Source: Verrucomicrobiota bacterium (GTDB lineage: Bacteria; Verrucomicrobiota; Verrucomicrobiia; Chthoniobacterales; UBA10450). Taken from it: 38,427 bases of DNA. Below, in pieces: positions 17,541-25,603 of this stretch. Below the pieces are notes generated by a model, which was not told where the DNA came from, did not search any database, and saw only the letters and a program-made list of their open reading frames with translations. Position 1 is the stretch's first letter. Each line of letters begins with the position of its first letter. The translations under genes were made by a program, and so were the position numbers. The stretch lies in contig JBKOXU010000130.1 of assembly GCA_046725095.1 (NCBI GenBank), positions 1-38,427 on the forward strand, in the 5' to 3' direction.

Positions 17541-18820
17541 GCGCGACGATCATTCGCAACGGCCGCGTGATCGACCCGGCAAACAAGCGCGATGAAGTGG
17601 CCGATCTGTTGATTGTCGATGGAAGAGTCGCGCCTGTCTCTCAGCTCTCAACTCTCAACTCTCAACCCGATGAGATCGACGCAGGCAATCTCATTGTCTG
17701 CCCTGGTTTGATCGACATGCACGTGCATCTGCGCGAGCCCGGATTTGGTCACAAGGAAACGATTGAATCAGGCGCGTGTGCCGCGGCAGCTGGTGGATTT
17801 ACGACGGTTGTCTGCATGCCAAACACTTCGCCAGCAGCGGATAATCCCAGCACGATCGCGTGGATCAAAGATCGTGCGGCGTCGGTGGCGTGCGTGCATG
17901 TTTTGCCGGCCGGCGCGATTTCAAAAAATCTCGCGGGCGAAGAACTCGCGCCGATTGGCTCACTCGCGCAGGCCGGCATTGTTGCGATCACCGATGACGG
18001 TCATTGCGTTCAAAATCACGAGGTGATGCGGCGCGCAGTCGAGTATGCGCGCATGGTCGATCTGCCGGTGCTCGATCACTGCCAGGATTACAACCTGGTC
18101 GGCAATGGAGTGGTGCACGAGGGTTATTGGAGCACACTGCTCGGATTACCGGGCTGGCCCGCGGCAGGCGAGGAAGCGATTATCATGCGTAACATTTTGC
18201 TCGCGGAACTTTGCGATCATCCGATTCATTGTCAGCACCTCAGTACAGCCGGAAGTGTGCGATTAATTCGGGAAGCGCGGGAGCGCGGCGTAAGAATAAG
18301 CGGCGAGGTTTGCCCGCATCACATCGCATTGACCGACGAAGCGATCCAAAATTTTGATACGAACTACAAAGTGAGTCCGCCGTTGCGCTCGCAAACAGAT
18401 GTCGATGCGCTCTTGGGGGGTATCGCCGACGGAACCTTATCGATTCTGTGTTCCGATCACGCGCCGCATGCAGACTTCGAAAAGGAAGTGGAGTTCGATG
18501 CGGCGCCGTTTGGCATTATCGGGCTGGAGACGGAGCTCGGGCTATTTCTCGATCTGCTCGTGCACAAGCATCGCAAGATCGACATTGTCCGTTTGATCGA
18601 GATGTACACCGTGGAGCCAGCGCGTTTGCTAAGGATTAATGCCGGTACGCTGTCAATCGGCGCCCCGGCTGATGTAACGCTGATCGATCCGGATTTGGAA
18701 TGGACGGTCAGGATCAATACGTTCGAATCGGCATCGCGTAATTCGCCATTCGATGGCTGGAAACTGAAGGGACGAGCAGTGCGAACGATCGTCGAGGGGA
18801 AGACAGTTTGGAAGCTGTAG
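17537..18820 (+). CDS. pyrC: Dihydroorotase (multifunctional-complex/allantoinase-like type)
   Basis: Motifs present are [14 protein letters not shown], the ITDDG region and [10 protein letters not shown] at 17537 overlaps the pyrB stop (ATGA); the ORF-track start at 17387 lies inside pyrB. Confidence 0.9.
   Translation: MSATIIRNGRVIDPANKRDEVADLLIVDGRVAPVSQLSTLNSQPDEIDAGNLIVCPGLIDMHVHLREPGFGHKETIESGACAAAAGGFTTVVCMPNTSPAADNPSTIAWIKDRAASVACVHVLPAGAISKNLAGEELAPIGSLAQAGIVAITDDGHCVQNHEVMRRAVEYARMVDLPVLDHCQDYNLVGNGVVHEGYWSTLLGLPGWPAAGEEAIIMRNILLAELCDHPIHCQHLSTAGSVRLIREARERGVRISGEVCPHHIALTDEAIQNFDTNYKVSPPLRSQTDVDALLGGIADGTLSILCSDHAPHADFEKEVEFDAAPFGIIGLETELGLFLDLLVHKHRKIDIVRLIEMYTVEPARLLRINAGTLSIGAPADVTLIDPDLEWTVRINTFESASRNSPFDGWKLKGRAVRTIVEGKTVWKL
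17638..17665 (+). repeat. Tandem heptamer repeat inside pyrC (CTCTCAG + 3 x CTCTCAA)
   Basis: Read directly: ctctcag ctctcaa ctctcaa ctctcaa, encoding SQLSTLNSQ. Confidence 0.7.
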
Positions 18821-18840
18821 GGTGTTTCTGTTTAAATATC

Positions 18841-18859
18841 GGCGTCTGACGCAGACGCC
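18841..18859. terminator. Hairpin between convergent pyrC and the CBS gene (bidirectional terminator or REP-like)
   Basis: ggcgtctg-acg-cagacgcc is an 8-bp GC stem. It is flanked by ctGTAGGG (18815-22) and CCCTACaa (18858-65). Confidence 0.45.
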
Positions 18860-18867
18860 CTACAAAC

Positions 18868-19317
18868 TCAGCCGGTGTAACCGCCGTGGATGTAGTTCTC
18901 CAAGTGCGCGATAGCGGCGCTTTGGCAGGAGAGCGTCCATTTTACCAAATCGCCGATGGAAATCACTCCAACAACCTTGTCGCCATCGAGCACGGGCAGG
19001 TGACGGATGCGTTTCTCGGTCATGAGACGCAAACATTTTTGGATTGGCTCTCGTGGATGCGTGAGGGTCAGATTGGTTGACATGATCTCGGCGACTTTCG
19101 TTTCGCGAGAGCGCCTGCCGCGCAAGATAACTTTGCGGGTATAATCGCGTTCAGAAATGATCCCCACCAATCGGTCCCCATCCATTACCAGCAGCGCGCC
19201 GACGTTTTTCTTATCCATCATTTCGATCGCCTCAAAGACCATGGCATCTGGCGAGATTGAAAAAATTTCCCCGCTTTTTCGATTCAGGATTGCGCGGATG
19301 GTGCCACTGACGTCCAT
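18868..19317 (-). CDS. CBS-domain pair protein
   Basis: Two CBS motifs are present (VGALLVMDGDRLVGIISERD; IRHLPVLDGDKVVGVISIGDL). I prefer the start MDVSGTI at 19317. Confidence 0.8.
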   Translation of the reverse strand: MDVSGTIRAILNRKSGEIFSISPDAMVFEAIEMMDKKNVGALLVMDGDRLVGIISERDYTRKVILRGRRSRETKVAEIMSTNLTLTHPREPIQKCLRLMTEKRIRHLPVLDGDKVVGVISIGDLVKWTLSCQSAAIAHLENYIHGGYTG

Positions 19318-19629
19318 ATGTCCGGAAGATTTAGCTACTAAAACTGGCAGTTTCCTAGAATAGGCCGATAGAGCCCTGCAATGCAAAACAATTTGGAGGA
19401 TACCGAGGCGGTTCCAAACGGGGAATCAATATGTCGTTCGGACGCCTCCTTCGATCAGGCTGAAAAATAGCCGAAGAATTTAAGCCGGTTCCTCGTCGAC
19501 GGACGACTTATTTCCTTTCTGTCCTTGCTTTTTGGGCGCCGATGAGAAAATAAAGCAAAGATGCACCTAGCTTGGCCATTTAGAGCTCGCGTCGGCAACG
19601 GCCGCGACGAAGAAGAACATTGCTCGCCA

Positions 19630-20517
19630 ATGGGCGAGGTATGGCCCGACTTCCTGTGTGTGGGAGCCCAGAAAGCTGGCACGTCCTGGCTTTATCGGCA
19701 ATGCGCGCCTCATGGCGATTTCTGGATGCCTCCCCTGAAGGAACTCCATTATTTTAATAAATTAACCAAGGCTAAACGAGTAAATTCCCCGCGCTGCAGA
19801 GACGAGCGCGATGTTTCCTTTCTGGAGAGCGTTAACCGCCTGAGCGCGCGGCCCTATATTGACATGGAGGGTTATGGGCGGTTGTTTGAGGCCAAAGGCT
19901 CGCTCCTCTCTGGTGACATTTCGCCAACCTATTCGGCTCTGAACGATGAGATCATCGAGCGGGTCGTCAGTTATTTCCCAAACTTAAAGATCATCTTTCT
20001 GGCTCGTGATCCGGTGGAAAGAGCTTGGTCGCAGTTGTCCATGGGCGTGCGTCTCGGAAGGATCAGTCGATTTGACCCAACTGACGTTGACGCAGTGCTG
20101 CAGAAGCTGTTGCACCCGCATGTCCTGGCATTCTCGTATCCCAGCAAGATCGTCGCGCGATGGAGGCGCTATGTTCATCCAGATCTCTTTGGCCTCTATT
20201 TTTTTGATGATCTGGAGAGGAATCCCACTGAGCTGCGGCGCGCCATTTTTTCTTTTTTGGGCGCCGATCCGGATAAGCCAAGCGGACGAAGCAGGGCCGA
20301 TGACAACCGTGACGCAGACAGGCAAAAGCCTCGACTGACCGACAAAGTGCGCTCCCGTGTGGCTCAGTTTTTCAAGAATGAACTGCAGGCCTGTGCCACG
20401 AAACTGGGCGGCCCAGCCAAAGAATGGCCGGCCCGATATGGCTTCTCACTGCTCTGGTTCTTCATCGGACTGGCCGACGATATTGATCTGTTTTTTTGGT
20501 GTGACTGGGTGATCTGA
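19630..20517 (+). CDS. PAPS-dependent sulfotransferase-family protein
   Basis: The 5'-PSB-like loop is FLCVGAQKAGTSWLY and the 3'-PB-like motif is IIFLARDPVERAWSQ. I prefer the start MGEVWPDF at 19630. The C-terminal tail is hydrophobic (FSLLWFFIGLADDIDLFFWCDWVI). Confidence 0.7.
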   Translation: MGEVWPDFLCVGAQKAGTSWLYRQCAPHGDFWMPPLKELHYFNKLTKAKRVNSPRCRDERDVSFLESVNRLSARPYIDMEGYGRLFEAKGSLLSGDISPTYSALNDEIIERVVSYFPNLKIIFLARDPVERAWSQLSMGVRLGRISRFDPTDVDAVLQKLLHPHVLAFSYPSKIVARWRRYVHPDLFGLYFFDDLERNPTELRRAIFSFLGADPDKPSGRSRADDNRDADRQKPRLTDKVRSRVAQFFKNELQACATKLGGPAKEWPARYGFSLLWFFIGLADDIDLFFWCDWVI

Positions 20518-20557
20518 GCTGCGGTTCAGCGGACGTAATACGAGGGCCAGTGCTCCA

Positions 20558-20935
20558 TCACTCTGTAGCGCTCGCCTTTGCTCGGGCGCGATTTGCCTGA
20601 AGTTCAGCCAAATGTTTTTCCGACCAGCGACAGAGCGCCTGTAACGGCTCAATCAAGGTTCGTCCCAACTTTGTGAGGGAATATTCCACTTTGGGCGGCA
20701 CGACTGGATGCACCTTGCGTTGCACCAACCCGTCGCGCTCGAGGCTGCGCAGAGTTTGCGTTAGCATTTTTTGCGAAATCCCGCCGATCTCGCGCTGAAG
20801 CTCGGCGTAACGTTTTGTATCGCTGGCTAGCACCTGGATGATGAGCGCAGTCCATTTGTCCGCGATCCGGTCAAGCACAAGCCGGGAGGGGCACTGCGCA
20901 TCCATGACTGAGCCGGCAGGGGAAGATTTTCGCAT
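20558..20935 (-). CDS. HxlR-family winged-helix transcriptional regulator
   Basis: The sequence CPSRLVLDRIADKWTALII...RYAELQREIGGISQKMLTQTLRSLERDGLVQRKVHPVVPPKVEYSLTKLG is a typical HxlR signature. Confidence 0.85.
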   Translation of the reverse strand: MRKSSPAGSVMDAQCPSRLVLDRIADKWTALIIQVLASDTKRYAELQREIGGISQKMLTQTLRSLERDGLVQRKVHPVVPPKVEYSLTKLGRTLIEPLQALCRWSEKHLAELQANRARAKASATE

Positions 20936-21058
20936 GGTTTCCTTTTTAGAACGTCACGGCTTTGCGCGCAAGAAGAGAGTAACAGCCCAAACAGAGTGTA
21001 TTGAAGCATAGGACTGTAGTTGACGATAAGTAACCACGTGTTGATCTTTTGCTGATTA

Positions 21059-22123
21059 ATGAAGAGAAATTTTGTTGTCCGTGAGAAAGATAAGGCGGCC
21101 GCCGTGCGCCTATTGAACGATGCGCAGCCGCGAATTGGCTCTGGTTTTGCAGGCAAAAACGATTTTCCAAGCGACTATTCATTGCTCGACGAGTATTCGC
21201 GGACGGTCGTGAGTGCAGTCGATCGAGTCGCGCCCGCGGTCGCGAACATCGAGATCCAACAGCGAAGCAAAAGCCACCAGCGCCAGATCGGTGGAAGCGG
21301 CTCGGGATTTGTGATTACGCCTGACGGCTTCATTTTGACCAACAGCCATGTCGTCCACGGCGCTATCCGAATTGTCGTTAATCTCTCGGACGGCCACGAT
21401 TATCCGGCACAGCTCATCGGTGATGATCCGGAGACCGATCTGGCGGTGATTCGGATCGATGCGCCCCATCTCGTTCACGTCCGTCTGGCCGATTCGGAAA
21501 GTTTGCGCGTCGGACAAATCGCAATTGCAATCGGCAATCCGCTCGGATTCCAAGCGAGCGTGACATCGGGGGTAATCAGCGCGCTTGGTCGGTCGATGTA
21601 TTCGCAATCGGGCCGGCTTATCGACAATGTCATTCAGACCGACGCGGCGCTGAATCCGGGTAACTCCGGTGGGCCACTCGTCAACTCAGCTGGAGAAGTT
21701 ATCGGTGTTAATACGGCAATGATTCGACCGGCCCAGGGGATCTGTTTTGCAATTGCGAGCAACACCGCCAAGCTTGTCGCCGGATGGCTGATTCGCGACG
21801 GCAGAATTCGGCGCAGCTATATCGGGGTCGCCGGTCAAAATGTGCCTCTGCATCGGCGCGTGATCCGATTTTACAATTTGCCGCTCGAAAGGGGCGTGCT
21901 GGTTGTGTCGGTAGAAAAAGATAGCCCTGCGCAGATGGCCGGTCTGCGGGAAGGCGACATCATCGTTGCCTTCAATGCGACGCCGATCGGTACGGTTCAC
22001 GACCTGCACAAAATGTTAGTGGGTGAGCAGATCGGCGTTCCCGGCAAGTTGATGGTCATTCGGCACACCGAAAAACTGCAATTGTCGGTCTCGCCAGCCG
22101 AATCACCTCTGCGCGAGCGATAA
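21059..22123 (+). CDS. HtrA/DegP-like S1C serine protease with one PDZ domain
   Basis: The catalytic triad contexts are TNSHVV, DLAVIRI and GNSGGPLVN. A C-terminal PDZ is present (VVSVEKDSPAQMAGLREGDIIVAFN). There is no N-terminal hydrophobic signal. Confidence 0.85.
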   Translation: MKRNFVVREKDKAAAVRLLNDAQPRIGSGFAGKNDFPSDYSLLDEYSRTVVSAVDRVAPAVANIEIQQRSKSHQRQIGGSGSGFVITPDGFILTNSHVVHGAIRIVVNLSDGHDYPAQLIGDDPETDLAVIRIDAPHLVHVRLADSESLRVGQIAIAIGNPLGFQASVTSGVISALGRSMYSQSGRLIDNVIQTDAALNPGNSGGPLVNSAGEVIGVNTAMIRPAQGICFAIASNTAKLVAGWLIRDGRIRRSYIGVAGQNVPLHRRVIRFYNLPLERGVLVVSVEKDSPAQMAGLREGDIIVAFNATPIGTVHDLHKMLVGEQIGVPGKLMVIRHTEKLQLSVSPAESPLRER

Positions 22124-22190
22124 CTGTTGTGCCGAAATCTAAGAGTTTCTCGCAGCCAGCGTGGCTCTCTCTACAGTCAAGCCCGTCGCT

Positions 22191-23480
22191 ATGAAAATTC
22201 TTATCGTTGGTGGCGGTGGGCGCGAACACGCGCTCGCATGGAAATTGAAGCAATCTCCGTGCGCAGAGCGCATTTTTTGTGCGCCGGGAAACGCCGGCAC
22301 TGCCGAAGTCGGCGAGAATGTGGCGATTTCCGCAAGTGATCTCGCATCACTCGTTCGCTTCGCTAAAGAAAACCGTGTCGATCTAACCGTAGTCGGTCCG
22401 GACGACTCTCTTGCTGCCGGGATTGTCGATCTGTTTTGTGAGGAAGGTTTGCGCATTTTTGGGCCGACCAAAACGGCGGCAAGACTCGAATTCTCCAAAA
22501 TTTTCGCGAAACAACTGATGGACGAGCAAGGAATTCCAACAGCGGAGGCCGGCACATTTGAACAAAGTGACGACGCGCTGCGGTATTGTGATCGGCTTCA
22601 ATTTCCCGTTGTCATTAAAGCTGACGGCCTTGCGCTCGGGAAGGGAGTCATCATCGCGTCCGATCCTGCTGCAGCAAGGTCGACAATCGACGAGATGATG
22701 AATCAGGGACGTTTCGGCGAGGCGGGCCGGCGCGTCGTGATCGAGGAATTCTTGCGCGGCACGGAATGTTCACTGCACGCGATCGTCGATGGCGCGAACT
22801 ATCGATTGTTACAAACGGCGCGCGATCACAAGCGAGCGCTGGAAGGCGACGCTGGGCCTAACACGGGCGGAATGGGCGCGTTTAGTCCGGCAAACAATTG
22901 GACCGCTGAGTTGGAGGAGCAATTTCACAAAAAAATCATGCGGCCGCTGCTGGACGGTCTATATAAAAAGAACATTACATTCCGCGGCTTACTCTATCCC
23001 GGTCTCATGATCAGCCCGGCTGGCGCGCGCGTCCTCGAGTTCAACTGTCGTTTTGGTGATCCGGAGACAGAGGCAATTTTGCCGCGAATGAAATCCGATT
23101 TATTGCCGTTGTTGGAAGCAACGATCGACGGAAAAGTCGAAGGACGCACAATCGAGTGGGACTCGCGTCCAGCGGTGACGGTTGTGCTTGCCTCGGGCGG
23201 TTACCCAGGCAAATACCAAACCGGCAGAGTCATTTTCGGGCTCGGCGAAGCGGCAAGGATCGATACGGTGCAAATTTTCCACGCCGGAACGAAGCGCGTG
23301 AATGATAAAATTGTGACTGCCGGGGGCCGCGTGCTCGCGGTCACTGCATTGGGATCAACGATCGAAGCCGCTCGCGCGCGCGCCTACGAGGCAGTTTCCC
23401 GCATAGATTTCGAGAACTGTCATTACCGGCGCGATATTGCTCTGAACGCCGTTAGGGATAACGTCGGGAGTTTACCGTGA
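22191..23480 (+). CDS. purD: Phosphoribosylamine--glycine ligase
   Basis: MKILIVGGGGREHALAWKL, the ATP-grasp core and EFNCRFGDPE are present. I prefer the start at 22191. Confidence 0.93.
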   Translation: MKILIVGGGGREHALAWKLKQSPCAERIFCAPGNAGTAEVGENVAISASDLASLVRFAKENRVDLTVVGPDDSLAAGIVDLFCEEGLRIFGPTKTAARLEFSKIFAKQLMDEQGIPTAEAGTFEQSDDALRYCDRLQFPVVIKADGLALGKGVIIASDPAAARSTIDEMMNQGRFGEAGRRVVIEEFLRGTECSLHAIVDGANYRLLQTARDHKRALEGDAGPNTGGMGAFSPANNWTAELEEQFHKKIMRPLLDGLYKKNITFRGLLYPGLMISPAGARVLEFNCRFGDPETEAILPRMKSDLLPLLEATIDGKVEGRTIEWDSRPAVTVVLASGGYPGKYQTGRVIFGLGEAARIDTVQIFHAGTKRVNDKIVTAGGRVLAVTALGSTIEAARARAYEAVSRIDFENCHYRRDIALNAVRDNVGSLP

Positions 23481-24622
23481 TATCTCGATTCTCGCTCACG
23501 ACTCTTGCGATCGCGATGTTAGGCGCGAATCTCCTCGCTCAATCGCCGACGCCGGCATGGCCCGCGCCAACGCAACCAGTAATGCCTCCGCCCATTGCAT
23601 CGAGTCCGCCTGCCGCGTTATTGCCCTCGCCGGCAAAAAAGCCCACGACAAAGGAATTGGTTGATTCCTTGGGACCGGCAGATTTGCAGGCAGTGATCAC
23701 GCTATTGAAAAGCAATTTCGCAAATCCCGATGCAATTACCGACACGGAATTGAATCGGGCGACCGTAGAGGGTCTGATAGCTCGGTTGCCGCGCGGCGTG
23801 ATGCTTTTGCCAAACAAGGAGAGTGCGCCGTTGGAAACTCCGAGCGCGTTTTATAGCGATGTTTTGGACGATCACATCGGCTATCTCCGCCTCGGGTCGC
23901 TCAACGGCGCTAATCTTCAGGCAATGGATAAGAGCCTTGGGAATTTTGCCGCGAGAAAGGTAGACGCGGTAATTGTCGATCTTCGCTCCAGCCCGGGAAC
24001 GACTGATTTCGGTTTGGCCGCAGAATTTGCGAAGCGATTTTGCCCCAAAGGCCAGCCGCTCTTCACACTGCGCAAACCGGCCGCGCGTCAGGATCGCGTC
24101 TTTAGTTCTGATCGAGCTCCGGCCTTTCAAGGTCTGATCATGGTGCTCGCCGATGGCGACACTTCCGGCGGAGCCGAAGCAGTTGCGTCCGCTCTGCGAT
24201 TTTATGACAAAGCCTTGCTGATCGGCCAACCGACTGCCGGTCGCGCAGCCGAATACTCCGATTTGCCCTTACCCGGCGGCAAAATTCTGCGAGTTGCGGT
24301 GGCGGAAGCGGTTTCGCCCGAGGGGCGTTCGTTATTTGCGGACGGAATGACAACAGATTTGCCCGTCGAGATGCCGGCGGCAGACAAGCGGCAAATTTTT
24401 CAATTGAGCGCCGAGAAAGGAATGGGTCCATTTGTTTACGAAACAGAACGTCCGCACATGAATGAGGCAGCCCTATTAGCCGGAACAAATCCGGAGCTCG
24501 AGACTTGGGGGGCCGCACAGCAACGCCGCGAACGCGGGCCCCCGAAACAACCGGCCCACGATCCGGTCTTACAGCGCGCCCTCGATGTCGTCACCTCGCT
24601 CGAGGTTTATCAGAAGCGGTAG
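23477..24622 (+). CDS. Secreted S41-peptidase-like protein lacking PDZ, with a degenerate catalytic dyad
   Basis: The GTG start overlaps the purD stop (GTGA). A signal peptide and Pro-rich linker are followed by S41-like blocks: IGYLRLGSL, VIVDLRSSPG and VLADGDTSGGAEAVASAL...LIGQPTAGRAAEY. Confidence 0.65.
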   Translation: MISRFSLTTLAIAMLGANLLAQSPTPAWPAPTQPVMPPPIASSPPAALLPSPAKKPTTKELVDSLGPADLQAVITLLKSNFANPDAITDTELNRATVEGLIARLPRGVMLLPNKESAPLETPSAFYSDVLDDHIGYLRLGSLNGANLQAMDKSLGNFAARKVDAVIVDLRSSPGTTDFGLAAEFAKRFCPKGQPLFTLRKPAARQDRVFSSDRAPAFQGLIMVLADGDTSGGAEAVASALRFYDKALLIGQPTAGRAAEYSDLPLPGGKILRVAVAEAVSPEGRSLFADGMTTDLPVEMPAADKRQIFQLSAEKGMGPFVYETERPHMNEAALLAGTNPELETWGAAQQRRERGPPKQPAHDPVLQRALDVVTSLEVYQKR

Positions 24623-24843
24623 CACCCACAACTAGGCTAACAGTCGCTTCGCGTTCTGTTCGATGGGCACCTCGGCTCAGCTGGCATGACAGTAATCGTA
24701 CTGCGCGTCCACTAATTCACGCAGGTGTCGGTTTCGCACCCTCGCCAGGGCTAAAAATGAAACTCGCCTTATTGCCGGGCCCCGTCTGCATCGAATTCAG
24801 GAAGGTTGAGAGATTCTTTAATTTCGCTCAGAATGACAAAGAC

Positions 24844-25542
24844 ATGACTCCAATAGAGGAACGTATCGTTTATAAATTCCGGAATTCACTCTTCTTGGCG
24901 GAGGCGCTCACGCATCCCAGTCTGGGCCATGAAACTCAACGCTGTCATTTTGATAATCAGCGTCTGGAATTTCTCGGCGACGCTGTCCTTCAGCTTGTGA
25001 TTAGCGAACATCTCTTTCACCGTTTTGGCGTCGAAGCCGAAGGACAACTAACAAAATTGCGTTCGCGGCTCGTTTCCCGCGAAACGTTGAAGATGCACGC
25101 GGCGGCTCTCGATTTGGGCCGTTATCTTTTGATGGGACGGGGCGAGGAAGCCAGTGGTGGGCGCGAGCGAACGTCGACTTTGGCGGACGCGTTTGAAGCG
25201 CTCATCGGCGCCATTTATCTGGATGGCGGTCTTGATGCTGCGAGAGAATTCATTCTAGCACAGGCCCGCTCCGACCTAGCGCAACTCGCGGAAGAGCCTA
25301 TCGAAATCAACCCGAAAGGTCATTTGCAGGAGTTATTGCAAAGCATTTCGCCCGGCAGCCCTGTCTATGAATTAGTTTCGCAAAGCGGGCCTGAGCACGA
25401 AAAGACATTTGTCGTGCAAGCTGTCTGGGAGGGAATCGTACTTGGTCAGGGCAGCGGTCGAAGCAAAAAACAGGCTGAAACCGCCGCTGCCCTGGCAGCG
25501 ATGGAATTGAAGCGCTGGGAGAAAAAGCAAGCGGGCGCGTGA
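24844..25542 (+). CDS. rnc: Ribonuclease III
   Basis: The start MTPIEERIVYKFRNSLFLAEALTHPS is followed by the RNase III signature NQRLEFLGDAVL and a C-terminal dsRBD (KGHLQELLQ...GSGRSKKQAETAAA). Confidence 0.9.
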   Translation: MTPIEERIVYKFRNSLFLAEALTHPSLGHETQRCHFDNQRLEFLGDAVLQLVISEHLFHRFGVEAEGQLTKLRSRLVSRETLKMHAAALDLGRYLLMGRGEEASGGRERTSTLADAFEALIGAIYLDGGLDAAREFILAQARSDLAQLAEEPIEINPKGHLQELLQSISPGSPVYELVSQSGPEHEKTFVVQAVWEGIVLGQGSGRSKKQAETAAALAAMELKRWEKKQAGA

Positions 25543-25553
25543 GATCGTGTAGT

Positions 25554-25603
25554 TGTAGCCGGGGCCATGACCTCACTGGTCGCGATCGCCGATCGCGGCT
25601 ACA
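25554..25603. repeat. GTAG-associated inverted repeat between convergent rnc and thiD
   Basis: tGTAGCCG (25554-61) pairs with CGGCTACa (25596-603). The loop contains a cgcgatcg/cgatcgcg palindrome. The 3' arm overlaps the thiD stop codon. Confidence 0.35.

Noticed and set aside
24665-24750. tRNA-like fragments (ggctcagctgg and gcaggtgtcggtttcgcaccc resemble the D-arm and variable/T-arm of the tRNA-Thr at 30181) in the 220-nt spacer upstream of rnc
   Set aside because: No acceptor stem, anticodon arm or T-stem can be paired, and the spacing is 15 nt too long. At best it is an eroded remnant, and the similarity may be chance. I do not call it a tRNA, pseudogene or att site.
24505-24843. Long N-terminal extension of the rnc ORF (345 aa in the ORF track)
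   Set aside because: The extension overlaps the 3' end of the upstream gene in another frame and is Arg/Pro-rich. The canonical RNase III N-terminus begins at the ATG at 24844.
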